This document shows positions 27,304 to 36,086 of a stretch of DNA of 64,000 nt, piece by piece; position 1 is the first letter of the stretch, and the number at the start of each line of letters is the position of its first letter. The notes below the pieces were generated by a model. It ran no database searches. It saw only the letters and a list, made by a program, of their open reading frames with translations, and was not told where the DNA came from. The position numbers and the translations under genes are program-made. Source of the DNA: an uncultured Actinomycetes bacterium (GTDB lineage Bacteria > Actinomycetota > Thermoleophilia > Gaiellales > Gaiellaceae); assembly GCA_963842305.1 (NCBI GenBank), contig CAWJFW010000006.1, forward strand, positions 7,722-71,721, written 5' to 3'.

Positions 27304-28218
27304 CTAGGCGGCGATCGGGCGGCCCATCTCGGCGGCGATCTCCGCGAGGCGGGCGAGCCGCTTCTCGAGCGGCGGGTGGGACATGAAGAGCTCGCCGGCC
27401 GACCGCTTCACGGTCGTCGGGATGATGAAGAAGGCGTTCATGCCCTCGACCTGGCGCAGGTCGCGCTGGGGAATCCGCGTCATGTCGCTCGAGATCTTCT
27501 GCAGGGCGCTCATCAGGTACTCGGGCGCGCCGGTGATGAGGGCGGCGCCGCGGTCGGCGGCGTACTCGCGGTACCGGGAGATGAGCAGGATGAGCATGTA
27601 GCTGAGAACGTAAGTGACCAGCGAGACGACGATCATGATCAGGAAGGCCGGGGCGCCGCCGTTGTCGCGGCTGCGGCCGCCGCCCATCATCCCCGTCCAC
27701 ATGCCCATGCGGATCATGAACGCGGCGAGCATCGAGAAGAAGCTCGCGATCGTCATCACTGCGACGTCGCGGTTGCCGATGTGCGAGAGCTCGTGGGCGA
27801 GCACGCCCTCGACCTCCCGCGGCTCGAGGCGGTCCCAGAGGCCCTGCGTCACCGCAACGGCGGCGTGCTTCGGGCTCCTCCCGGTTGCGAACGCGTTGGG
27901 AATGTCCGTCGGGACGATCGCCACCCGCGGCTTGGGCAGGTCGGACATCGCACAGAGCCGTTCGACCATCGCGTGCAGCTCGGGCGCGTCGTCCGGCGTG
28001 ACGATCTTCGCGCCCGCGGCGGCGAGGGCGATCTTGTCCGACGTGTAGTACTGGACAAAGGCGAGGGCGCCGAGCAGCACGACCATCGGCAGGAAGCCGA
28101 GCTGGAAGACCTGCACCAGCACGACGAAGAAGACGACGTAGAGCGCGCCCAGCAAGAAGAGCGTCAGGAAGAGGCGGGCCGAAAGCCCGCGGTCCCGTCC
28201 GAATGCCTTTCGCTCCAT
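27304..28218 (-). CDS. htpX: Zinc metalloprotease HtpX (peptidase M48)
   Basis: HELSHIGNRD (HExxH), N-terminal TM helices, ..NAFATG.. motif. Confidence 0.9.
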   Translation of the reverse strand: MERKAFGRDRGLSARLFLTLFLLGALYVVFFVVLVQVFQLGFLPMVVLLGALAFVQYYTSDKIALAAAGAKIVTPDDAPELHAMVERLCAMSDLPKPRVAIVPTDIPNAFATGRSPKHAAVAVTQGLWDRLEPREVEGVLAHELSHIGNRDVAVMTIASFFSMLAAFMIRMGMWTGMMGGGRSRDNGGAPAFLIMIVVSLVTYVLSYMLILLISRYREYAADRGAALITGAPEYLMSALQKISSDMTRIPQRDLRQVEGMNAFFIIPTTVKRSAGELFMSHPPLEKRLARLAEIAAEMGRPIAA

Positions 28219-28227
28219 GCCTAAATG

Positions 28228-29850
28228 CTAGCGAGCAGGGGGTGGGCAAGCGGACGACTTCGGTCGCCAGCCGATGCCGAGCGTGAACGGGCCCGGCGCC
28301 GCGGCGACGAGCTGGGTCATCCCGTCGGGCCCCTCCTTCACGCAGACGTCGCCGGCCTCGACGCGCCAGGTGGGAGTCCAGCGGACCGCGAGGCGATAGG
28401 CGCCGGCGGCGCCGACCTCGCCTTCGACCCGGTCGTGCTGCATGGACGTGATGTGCGCCTCGGCTGGGCCTGTGAGCATCGGGGCCGCATCCGGCACCTC
28501 GTACACCGTCACGTCACCCGCGCGCCCGCGCTCGACGAGGCCGGCACGGCCGGAGCGCACGAGGTCGGCCTCACGCTCCTCCCCAACTCGCCCGAGCTGC
28601 GTGTCCGGGAGGAGGACGTAGCGGATCCCGAGCGAGTCGAGCCAGGCACGGTAGGCCTCGGGTTCGAGTGGCTCTTCGTAGAAGAGCGGGTTCTGAGCGA
28701 TGTCGATCTGGCGGTACCACCCGCGCGCCAGCGGGATCCCGGCTCGCGGCAGCCAGTACGCCTCCCAATGGTCGCCAGTGGGGACGACCTCCACGCGCTC
28801 GCCCGGGCTCCGGCGCTCCGCCAGGAAGTCGATCGCAGGCTGCCAGTAGGCATCCTCGGCGGAGCGAGTGTCCGTCCGGTGGAGCGCGGAGCCGACGTAG
28901 GGAACCAGGGTGAAGGCAATCGCCCCGGCAATCGCGATCCCGGCCAGCCACCGCGGCCGGTACGAAGCGAGCGCGGCCGCGAGCAGCGCAAGCGGGAGCG
29001 CGATCCCGCGCAGCCGCGTGACGTTCTCGCCGATCGGCGACGGCACGACGAACGCAACGACCGTGGCCAGGGCCCAGAGGCCGAAGACTGCGGCCAGGAG
29101 ACGCCCCCGCTGGGCCCGCAGCGCGAGCGCCGCGCAGGCGGCCGAGAGAGCGATGACGCAGACGAGCTCCTCGAGCCGGAAGAACGGATACTCCGCCTCC
29201 GCCGGGTAGAGGAAGAGGAGCCCGCCCTGCACGAGGCCGAGCGCGACCAGCGAGCCTCCGACCAGGAGCACGGTCGCGTCGGCCCGCGGCCGCCGCGCGA
29301 GGAACGCCGCGACCACGGTCAGGCAGAGGAAGAAGAACGCAAGCGGGGAGAGCCCCAGCGTGAGCGCGGCGAGACCGACTGCCGTCCACCGCCGCCCCAC
29401 CTGGAGGGCCTTGAGCGCACCGAGTCCGGCGGCGAAGCCGGCCGCGTACGGATACGTCCCCGTGAACAACGGGCCGCAGGCGACCACGGCGAAGACGCGC
29501 GAGGGCCAGCGAGCGGCGGCGCCCCACTCCCGCTCGGCGAGCGAGGCGAAGAGGGCCGCGGCCGCGACCACCGACCCGAGTGCGACGACGTCGTTCCCGA
29601 CCAGGGCCGCGGGGAAGTAGTAGAGGAGGCTGTAGGCAAGGAACGGGTAGTGGCCCGCGTACCAGAACGTGTCCCACACGAGGACGCCGTCCTTGACGAG
29701 CTCGGTGCGGTACAGGTGAGCAGGCAGATCGCCCGGCGGCGGCCCGAAGAGGACGAGCGCGAGACCCACGACGAGCGCGATCGCGGCAGCTTCTAGAGTT
29801 CCCGGGATGGCCCGGACGGCGGTGGTCGCTCTCGCGTTGATGGTGCTCAT
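28228..29850 (-). CDS. Polytopic membrane protein with C-terminal extracytoplasmic domain (possibly a GT-C-type glycosyltransferase)
   Basis: About 10-12 TM helices followed by a soluble roughly 230-aa tail. The only canonical start (ATG 29850) overlaps the divergent gene by 44 nt; start uncertain. Confidence 0.55.
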   Translation of the reverse strand: MSTINARATTAVRAIPGTLEAAAIALVVGLALVLFGPPPGDLPAHLYRTELVKDGVLVWDTFWYAGHYPFLAYSLLYYFPAALVGNDVVALGSVVAAAALFASLAEREWGAAARWPSRVFAVVACGPLFTGTYPYAAGFAAGLGALKALQVGRRWTAVGLAALTLGLSPLAFFFLCLTVVAAFLARRPRADATVLLVGGSLVALGLVQGGLLFLYPAEAEYPFFRLEELVCVIALSAACAALALRAQRGRLLAAVFGLWALATVVAFVVPSPIGENVTRLRGIALPLALLAAALASYRPRWLAGIAIAGAIAFTLVPYVGSALHRTDTRSAEDAYWQPAIDFLAERRSPGERVEVVPTGDHWEAYWLPRAGIPLARGWYRQIDIAQNPLFYEEPLEPEAYRAWLDSLGIRYVLLPDTQLGRVGEEREADLVRSGRAGLVERGRAGDVTVYEVPDAAPMLTGPAEAHITSMQHDRVEGEVGAAGAYRLAVRWTPTWRVEAGDVCVKEGPDGMTQLVAAAPGPFTLGIGWRPKSSACPPPAR

Positions 29851-31390
29851 GGCCGGCCCGGCGCAGGCTACGGACTTCCAGGTCGTCGTGGTGCCGGGCT
29901 TGACCGTTGACGACCTCGAGGCGGTACAGAGCAAAGGTGCGGTCGGGCTCATGAACCCGGGAGCCGGGCCGGAGACGAGCGCCGCGAACGCCGAGGCGGC
30001 ACTCGTCCGTGGCGAGGTGCGAAACTCCCTCCGCGGCGGCGGGCCGGACGGCCCGGTGCTCGTGTCGCCGATTCGCGGCGAGGTGCTGAGCGTCGGCGGA
30101 CCCGCAATCTACGTCGGGCTGCCGGAGGGCAAAACGCAGCCGAACGACCGCCGCTACCCGATCCTCGTCGTGGGACCGGGCTACGAGGGGCTCCTCACCT
30201 CCGACTCGACCCGCATTCCGGGCCTCGTCTCGATCGCCGACATCGCGCCGACCGCGCTCGGCCGGGAGGACGCGATGGGGTCAGAGCCCGCCGCGGATGC
30301 AGCCGGGGAGCTGCGGGACCTCGACGCGCGAATCGACGACAACAACCGCGGGAGGCTGCCCGCAACCCTCCTCGTTTGCGCGCTCGTCCTCGTCCTCGCG
30401 GTCCTCGCACCGTCGGCCGCCGTGCCCGGTTTTGCGGCCGCGCTCCTGGCCAACCTCGGCCTCGGGGTCGCGGAGATCTCGAACCTCTGGGCCGTCCTCG
30501 CTGTGCTCGGCCTCGCCGTCGCGGTCGGGGGCCCGCTGCTCGCGGCGGTCCTGCGCTCACCGCTCTCACTCGGGTGTCTCCTGGTCGGTGTTGTCGGCGC
30601 GTACTTGCTCGCGCTCGGGATCGACGGCACGACGGCGGCGCTCTCACCCTTTGGCCCGACGCAGAACTCCCGCTACTACGGGCTCTCCAATCTGCTCGAA
30701 ACAATGCTTCTCGTGCCGGCACTGGCCGGCGCAGCGCTCCTCTTCGCCGTGCTCGGCTGGGCGGCCTTCGCGGGAACGGCACTCCTCGCATTCGCGACGG
30801 TGTCCGGAAATCGGTTCGGGGCGGACGGCGGTGGGGCGATCGTGCTCGCCGCCGGCTTCGCCGTCCTCGCGGTGCTGCTCGCCGGAGGAGGCAGGCGGGC
30901 GCTTGCTCTCTCCGTCGGCGCCTCACTCGCTCTCGCCCTCGGGCTCATCGGGCTCGACGCGGCGACCGGGGGGTCCAGCCACGTGACCACGGCTCTCGAG
31001 GACGGCCCGGCGGGGCTCGCCGGAGACCTCGTCGAGCGAGTCGAGCTCTCCTGGGAGCGCGCCACCTCGTCCCTGTGGGTCAGCCTCGCCGCGCTCGCCC
31101 TGCTGGTGCTCCTCGCCGCACTCGTCGTACGGACGCTCCGGAGCCGGGAGCCGCTCGACGCGGTTGCCGCCGCGCTCGCGCTCGCCGCGGCGATCGCCGT
31201 ATCGCTGGTCGTCAACGACTCGCCGATCGACGTCCTCCTCGTTGGCACGACGGGTTACGCCGCCGTCGCGGCGGGTATGCTTCGCGCGCCATGGCCCGCG
31301 TCGCCGCCCTCCTCTTCGCCTTCGGTGCTCTGGTCTTCTTCACCGCCTGCGGCGGCGGCGAGGACACCACGGCTACGCCTGAGACGGTGA
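29807..31390 (+). CDS. Membrane protein: signal peptide, roughly 170-aa exported domain, then about 10 TM helices
   Basis: MARTAVVALALMVLMAGPAQA signal peptide. The last 33 codons overlap the cytochrome c gene in another frame. Confidence 0.6.
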   Translation: MARTAVVALALMVLMAGPAQATDFQVVVVPGLTVDDLEAVQSKGAVGLMNPGAGPETSAANAEAALVRGEVRNSLRGGGPDGPVLVSPIRGEVLSVGGPAIYVGLPEGKTQPNDRRYPILVVGPGYEGLLTSDSTRIPGLVSIADIAPTALGREDAMGSEPAADAAGELRDLDARIDDNNRGRLPATLLVCALVLVLAVLAPSAAVPGFAAALLANLGLGVAEISNLWAVLAVLGLAVAVGGPLLAAVLRSPLSLGCLLVGVVGAYLLALGIDGTTAALSPFGPTQNSRYYGLSNLLETMLLVPALAGAALLFAVLGWAAFAGTALLAFATVSGNRFGADGGGAIVLAAGFAVLAVLLAGGGRRALALSVGASLALALGLIGLDAATGGSSHVTTALEDGPAGLAGDLVERVELSWERATSSLWVSLAALALLVLLAALVVRTLRSREPLDAVAAALALAAAIAVSLVVNDSPIDVLLVGTTGYAAVAAGMLRAPWPASPPSSSPSVLWSSSPPAAAARTPRLRLRR

Positions 31391-31692
31391 TCGGCGAGGT
31401 CCCGACCGACACCGGGAGCGGCGGAGGAGGCGGAGGCGGAGCGGCCCAGGGCGACCCCGCGGCCGGCAAGGCGATCTTCGCGTCGGCCGGGTGCGGCAGC
31501 TGCCACACCCTTTCCGACGCCGGCACGTCGGGCAACGTGGGGCCGAACCTCGACCAGTCGACCGTCGACTTCGACGCCGCCGTCACGCAGATCACAAACG
31601 GCGGCGGCGGGATGCCCGCCTTCAGCAGCCAGCTGAGCGAGGACGAGATCGCCAACGTGGCCGCCTACGTCGTCTCGGCGCGCACCGGCTGA
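31291..31692 (+). CDS. Class I c-type cytochrome, lipoprotein
   Basis: Lipobox ..LVFFTAC, Gly-rich linker, heme site CGSCH, and distal ..GGGMPAF.. Met ligand. Confidence 0.85.
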   Translation: MARVAALLFAFGALVFFTACGGGEDTTATPETVIGEVPTDTGSGGGGGGGAAQGDPAAGKAIFASAGCGSCHTLSDAGTSGNVGPNLDQSTVDFDAAVTQITNGGGGMPAFSSQLSEDEIANVAAYVVSARTG

Positions 31693-32516
31693 TCCTGCCG
31701 CCCGCGTTTCCGGCGGAGGTCGATGTCCTCGCCTGTGACCTCGACCGGACGCTGATCTGGGAGGACGGCGCCCTTCAGCCGCGGACGCTGGCGGCGATCG
31801 AGCGGGCGCGGCAAGCCGGCCTACGCGTTCTCATCGCCACCGGCCGGATGTTTCGGTCGGTCAAGCCCTATCTCGTGCAGGCCGGGATCGACGACCCGGT
31901 CGTCTGCTACCAGGGAGCCGTCGTCGCCGATCCGACCACCGGTGAGTTCCTGCGCCACGAGCCGATTCCACTCGAGCTCGCCCGCGCGACGATCGCGGTT
32001 CTCCAGGGGGAGGAATTCCACGTCAACTGCTACGTGGACGACGAGCTCTATGTTGCCGAGGTGACGCCGGAGGCCGAGCGCTACGCAGGCTTTCAGAGCC
32101 TTCCGCTCCACCCGGTCGGAGACCTTGCGAGCTGGCTCGCCGCGCCGCCGACGAAGCTCGTCACGATCGACGAGCCAGACGTGCTCGACGCGCTCGAGGC
32201 ACGCATGAAGGAGCGCTTCGCGGGCCGTCTCTACATCTCGAAGTCCCTTCCCTACTTCCTCGAGTTCGCGAGCCCCGAGGTGACGAAGGCTTCTGGGCTC
32301 GAGTTCCTCGCCGAGCGCCTTGGCTTCACCTCCGCGCGCACGGTCGCGTTCGGCGACGGCGAGAACGACGTGGAGCTCCTCGAGTGGGCGGGCTTCGGCG
32401 TCGCGGTCGCCAACGCCCATCCCAAGGTGCTCGCGGCGGCCGACTGGGTGTGCCCCTCCGCCGAGGAGGAGGGCGTCGCCCAGGTGATCGAGGCGGTCTT
32501 AGACTCTCGCGCATGA
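31689..32516 (+). CDS. Cof-type HAD-IIB phosphatase
   Basis: DLDRTL (DxD nucleophile motif), ..ATGR.., ..FGDGENDVELLEWAG... There is no ATG/GTG/TTG between the cytochrome c stop and the DxD motif. Start provisionally placed at a CTG overlapping that stop (CTGA). Confidence 0.75.
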   Translation: MILPPAFPAEVDVLACDLDRTLIWEDGALQPRTLAAIERARQAGLRVLIATGRMFRSVKPYLVQAGIDDPVVCYQGAVVADPTTGEFLRHEPIPLELARATIAVLQGEEFHVNCYVDDELYVAEVTPEAERYAGFQSLPLHPVGDLASWLAAPPTKLVTIDEPDVLDALEARMKERFAGRLYISKSLPYFLEFASPEVTKASGLEFLAERLGFTSARTVAFGDGENDVELLEWAGFGVAVANAHPKVLAAADWVCPSAEEEGVAQVIEAVLDSRA

Positions 32517-33733
32517 TCGACATTCGCGCCGCGCGAGCAGAGCCGGACGCATATCGCGAGGCCCTCGCGCGCAAGGGCGCCGTCGAGGACTTCGACGCCC
32601 TGATGGAGGCCGACAGCGAGTGGCTCGCCCTCGTCCCGAGGGCGGACGAGCTCCGCGCGAAGACGAAGGTCAAGGGCAAGCCGACGCCCGAGCAGATCGA
32701 GGAGCTGAAGGGCGTCAAGGCCGAGCTCCAGGAGGTCGAGGGGGCGCTCGCAACAGCGGAACGCCGCCGTGCCGAGCTGCTCGACCGCGTCCCTTCGCCC
32801 CCTGATCCGACCGCGCCGGACGGGTTCACGGACGACGACGCGGAGGAGCTCCGACGCGTCGGCGAGCCGCCCTCGTTCTCCTTCGAGCCGCGCGACCACC
32901 TCGAGCTCGGGCGCATCGACACCGAGCGTGGCGCCAAGGTGTCGGGGTCGCGCTTCGTCTACCGCATCGGCGCGGTCGCGCTGCTCGAGCTGGCGCTCTA
33001 CCGCTTCGCACTCGACCGGCTCAACGCGGCCGGCTTCACTCCCGTTCTCCCGCCCGTGCTCGTGCGCGAGGACGCGATGTACGGCACGGGCTTCCTCCCC
33101 ACCGACGAGGTCAACCTCTACCGCGTCGAGCGCGACGAGCTCTACCTCACGGGAACGTCCGAGGTGACCCTCGCCGCCATGCACGGCGGTGAGATCCTGG
33201 AAGCCGAGCTTCCGCTCCGCTACGCGGGCTACTCGACGTGCTTCCGGCGCGAGGCCGGCGCCGCAGGCAAGGACACGCGCGGCATGTTCCGCGTCCACCA
33301 GTTCGACAAGGTCGAGATGTTCGTCTTCTGCCGCCCCGAGGACTCGCCGGCGGAGCACGACCGCTTGCTGGCGACGGAGGAGGAGCTCGTCGCCGAGCTC
33401 GGGCTCCCCTATCGAGTGGTCAGCATCGCCGCCGGAGATCTGGGCGCCTCGGCCGCGAAGAAGTACGACATCGAGGGCTGGTTTCCGAGCCAGGGCCGCT
33501 ACCGGGAGCTCACGTCGACCTCCAACACGACCGACTACCAATCGCGCCGCCTCGACATCCGTTTCCGCACGGAGACGGGGCTCGAGTTCGTCCACACCCT
33601 GAACGGCACGGCGGTGACGGCCCGCGCCATGCTGGCCGTGCTCGAAAACTTCCAGGACGAGGGTGGCTCCGTTTCCGTTCCCGAGGCGCTCGTCGCGTTC
33701 GGCGCCCCGGCCCGCGTCGAACCCGGCCAGTGA
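32513..33733 (+). CDS. serS: Seryl-tRNA synthetase
   Basis: N-terminal coiled-coil arm and class II motifs (..FRREAG..GKDTRG..R.HQF.KVE.., ..GRYRELTSTSNTTDYQSRRL.., ..HTLNGT..). ATGA overlap with the upstream gene. Confidence 0.95.
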   Translation: MIDIRAARAEPDAYREALARKGAVEDFDALMEADSEWLALVPRADELRAKTKVKGKPTPEQIEELKGVKAELQEVEGALATAERRRAELLDRVPSPPDPTAPDGFTDDDAEELRRVGEPPSFSFEPRDHLELGRIDTERGAKVSGSRFVYRIGAVALLELALYRFALDRLNAAGFTPVLPPVLVREDAMYGTGFLPTDEVNLYRVERDELYLTGTSEVTLAAMHGGEILEAELPLRYAGYSTCFRREAGAAGKDTRGMFRVHQFDKVEMFVFCRPEDSPAEHDRLLATEEELVAELGLPYRVVSIAAGDLGASAAKKYDIEGWFPSQGRYRELTSTSNTTDYQSRRLDIRFRTETGLEFVHTLNGTAVTARAMLAVLENFQDEGGSVSVPEALVAFGAPARVEPGQ

Positions 33734-34098
33734 TCGTCAGCGTCTTCGTCAGGCGGCTGAAGGAGGGCCGGACGTTTGCCGAGTTCATCGAGGAGTGGGA
33801 GGCCGACGAGGGATTCGGCGTGCCCACGAGGGTGTTCAACGCCCAGAGCCTCGAGGACCCGCGAGACGTCATCTCCTTGGGGTTCGTGGAGATGAGCGTC
33901 GAAGCGCTGACCGAGGGCCTGGCGGCCGTCGCCGGCTCGGAGAGCGTTCGCCACGACCGAATCGACACGGTGATCGAGTCGACCAGCCTCCGCTGCATGT
34001 ACGAGCTGCGAACGGAGCACGACTTCACGTCGATGCCCGTCGAGATCGAGGTCGGCTCCCCCGAGAGCCTGCTGGCCGCCCTCGTGGCGCCGAAGTGA
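33730..34098 (+). CDS. Small hypothetical protein (122 aa), possibly ferredoxin-fold
   Basis: GTG 33730 overlaps the serS stop (GTGA). VIVSVFVRRLKEGRTFAEFIEEWE.. No family recognised with confidence. Confidence 0.55.
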   Translation: MIVSVFVRRLKEGRTFAEFIEEWEADEGFGVPTRVFNAQSLEDPRDVISLGFVEMSVEALTEGLAAVAGSESVRHDRIDTVIESTSLRCMYELRTEHDFTSMPVEIEVGSPESLLAALVAPK

Positions 34099-34130
34099 CC
34101 CCGGCCGGGTGAGGGCTACACTGGGCCGCG

Positions 34131-34220
34131 GGCGGGGTGCCCGAGCGGTCGAAAGGGGCGGTCTTGAAAACCGCTAGACGGTGCTGAGCCGTCTCCTGGG
34201 TTCGAATCCCAGCCCCGCCG
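34131..34220 (+). tRNA. tRNA-Ser (anticodon UGA)
   Basis: GGCGGGG acceptor stem pairs with CCCCGCC. Anticodon loop CUUGAAA, long variable arm (CTAGACGGTGCTGAGCCGTCTCC), T arm CTGGG-TTCGAAT-CCCAG, discriminator G. Confidence 0.95.
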
Positions 34221-34283
34221 CTCTACCATGCACAATCCCGCTCACCATGCGGGGTTCCGGCTCGGCATGCGGGATCGCGCGGC
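34163..34283 (+). repeat. Direct repeat copy A (3' two-thirds of tRNA-Ser plus about 60 nt of trailer)
   Basis: Aligns by eye with 35988..36086. The tRNA portion is identical apart from three 1-nt gaps in copy B. The trailer CCGGCTCGGCATGCGGGATCGCGCGGC matches CCGGCTCGCCATGCGGGCTCGCGCGGC. Confidence 0.75.
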
Positions 34284-34336
34284 CGTCGAGCAGCCCCGAA
34301 CCTCTTCGTCGGCTGTAGATCGAGCTGCGTCGCCCG

Positions 34337-35755
34337 TCAGCCCTGCTGCGACTTGAGTCTGCCAGGAAGGAGCAGCCCCGCCACCAGGCCAATGAGCCCG
34401 AACACGATCAGCGAGGCCATCGCCCACGCGTAGGCCCGGTTTCCTGTGGCGACGACGGAGACGAGGATCGTGCCGGCGATCGCGGTGCCGAAGGACGAGC
34501 CCAAGTTTGAGATGCTCCGCGACAGCCCCGAAATCTCGCCCTGCAGCTCCTCGGGGAAGCTCGACTGCACGACGTTCACTGAGGGAGTGAGCATCCCGCC
34601 CAGGCCGAGGCCGACCAGTGCCAACCCGGGTACGAATGCCCAGAGGCTGTCGGAGGCCCTGACGAGGCCGAGCAGGATCGCGATCCCGGCGATGGTGACA
34701 ACGAAGCCGGCGACGATCAACGTGCGCTGGGCGTACCTCTTCGCGAGGCGCTCCGCAGCGAGGGAGGAGAAGAGGATGCCGAGTGTCGCGGCGGTGAAGA
34801 TGACGCCGGTCTTGATTGCGCTGTAGCCGCGATCCTCCTGCAGGAAGACGGAGACGACGAACGACACGCCCATCAGCAAAAGCCACTGGATGTTCTGCGT
34901 GACCAGGGCGAGGTTGCAGGTCCGGTTCTTGAACAGGCCGGTCGACAGCAGCGCCTCCTTGCCCGCCCGCTCGCGGCGGCGGATGAAGAGAAAGAACGCA
35001 ACCAGGAACACGGCTCCGATCACGAGGAACACCGCGAATAGCGTGTTGTTGCTCCCTGCCTGGAGGATTCCGAAGACGACGCAGAACATCCCGACTCCCG
35101 ACAGGATCGCCCCGACGGCGTCGAAGGGACGTGTCGGATCGGGCGCGAGCGGGTCGACCATGCGCCGGCTCAGGAGGATGATCGCCCCGACCACCAGGGC
35201 CTGGAAGACGAACGCGGCTCGCCAGCTGATTCCGGTCGTGATCACACCCCCGATCAACGGGCCTGCCGCGGCGCCGATGCCTCCCAGCCCGCTAATCACG
35301 CCGAAAGCCCAGGCACGGGAGGTCATGTCGCCCCACCACAAGGTCGCGAGGATGTAGACAGGGGGGATCAGCAGCGCCGTCCCCACGCCCTCGAACACCG
35401 AGTTTCCGAGGATCAGCACACCGAGGTTCGGCGAGATCGCGCTGGTCAAAGCCCCGACCCCATACAGCGCCAGACCCCAGATGAAGCACCGCTTGCGGCC
35501 CCAGCGGTCGGTCAGCTTGCTGCAGGGGATCATGAGGATGGCCATGATCAGCAGGAAAAGGGTGATTGCGGTCTGGACGCCCTTGACGGTCGTGTTGAGG
35601 TCCTCGCTGATGTCGTTGATCATCACGTTCATGTTCGAGCCGGCGAAGCTGCAGATGAACTGCGCTAGCGCAAGCGGAAGGATCAGCCTCCGCGCAGAGG
35701 CGAGCGGACGATCCAAAGTCGTGGCCTGGCTCACCGGTGCCGAACTCTCACACAC
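34337..35755 (-). CDS. MFS transporter, DHA2 (EmrB/QacA-like, 14-TM) drug:proton antiporter type
   Basis: ..LTDRWGRKR.. motif A-like loop and 14 hydrophobic segments. GC is visibly lower than the flanks. Confidence 0.85.
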   Translation of the reverse strand: MCESSAPVSQATTLDRPLASARRLILPLALAQFICSFAGSNMNVMINDISEDLNTTVKGVQTAITLFLLIMAILMIPCSKLTDRWGRKRCFIWGLALYGVGALTSAISPNLGVLILGNSVFEGVGTALLIPPVYILATLWWGDMTSRAWAFGVISGLGGIGAAAGPLIGGVITTGISWRAAFVFQALVVGAIILLSRRMVDPLAPDPTRPFDAVGAILSGVGMFCVVFGILQAGSNNTLFAVFLVIGAVFLVAFFLFIRRRERAGKEALLSTGLFKNRTCNLALVTQNIQWLLLMGVSFVVSVFLQEDRGYSAIKTGVIFTAATLGILFSSLAAERLAKRYAQRTLIVAGFVVTIAGIAILLGLVRASDSLWAFVPGLALVGLGLGGMLTPSVNVVQSSFPEELQGEISGLSRSISNLGSSFGTAIAGTILVSVVATGNRAYAWAMASLIVFGLIGLVAGLLLPGRLKSQQG

Positions 35756-35987
35756 CTGATCTCCACGCGCCGCAGGTCGGTAGGCGACTTCTGCCCGCCC
35801 ATCGCTGTCTCGACCTGGCTAATCATCATGCTGCGGCGAGCTTAGGTTCGTCGGCGGTGATCCCAGTGCATCGCGTTCCTGACCGCAGCATCGGAAGGGC
35901 CCCGCCTCATCCTCCTCTCCGGGACTGGGGGCGCAGATAGGGGCGCACCCGCCGTTTCCCGCATGGTTAAACCAAAAACAGAGCCGC

Positions 35988-36086
35988 CTTGAAACCGCTA
36001 GACGGTGCTGAGCGTCTCCTGGGTTCGAATCCAGCCCCGCCGCTTCACGAGCGGGATCCCCGGCTCGCCATGCGGGCTCGCGCGGC
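35988..36086 (+). repeat. Direct repeat copy B: decayed 3' fragment of tRNA-Ser(UGA) plus trailer
   Basis: CTTGAAA-CCGCTAGACGGTGCTGAG-CGTCTCCTGGGTTCGAAT-CCAGCCCCGCCGCT. It lacks the 5' half and has 1-nt deletions in the anticodon loop, variable arm and T stem, so it is non-functional. Confidence 0.75.

Noticed and set aside
34131-34220. Whether any of the long-variable-arm tRNAs could be tRNA-Sec, which would support the TGA read-through idea.
   Set aside because: The anticodons read UGA, GCU and CGA with standard 7-bp acceptor stems, so all are ordinary tRNA-Ser. No UCA anticodon tRNA is in the window.
35984-36044. A possible fourth tRNA-Ser gene.
   Set aside because: Only the 3' portion is present. 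There is no acceptor 5' strand or D arm, and there are 1-nt deletions in the anticodon loop and T stem. It is a repeat remnant, not a functional tRNA.
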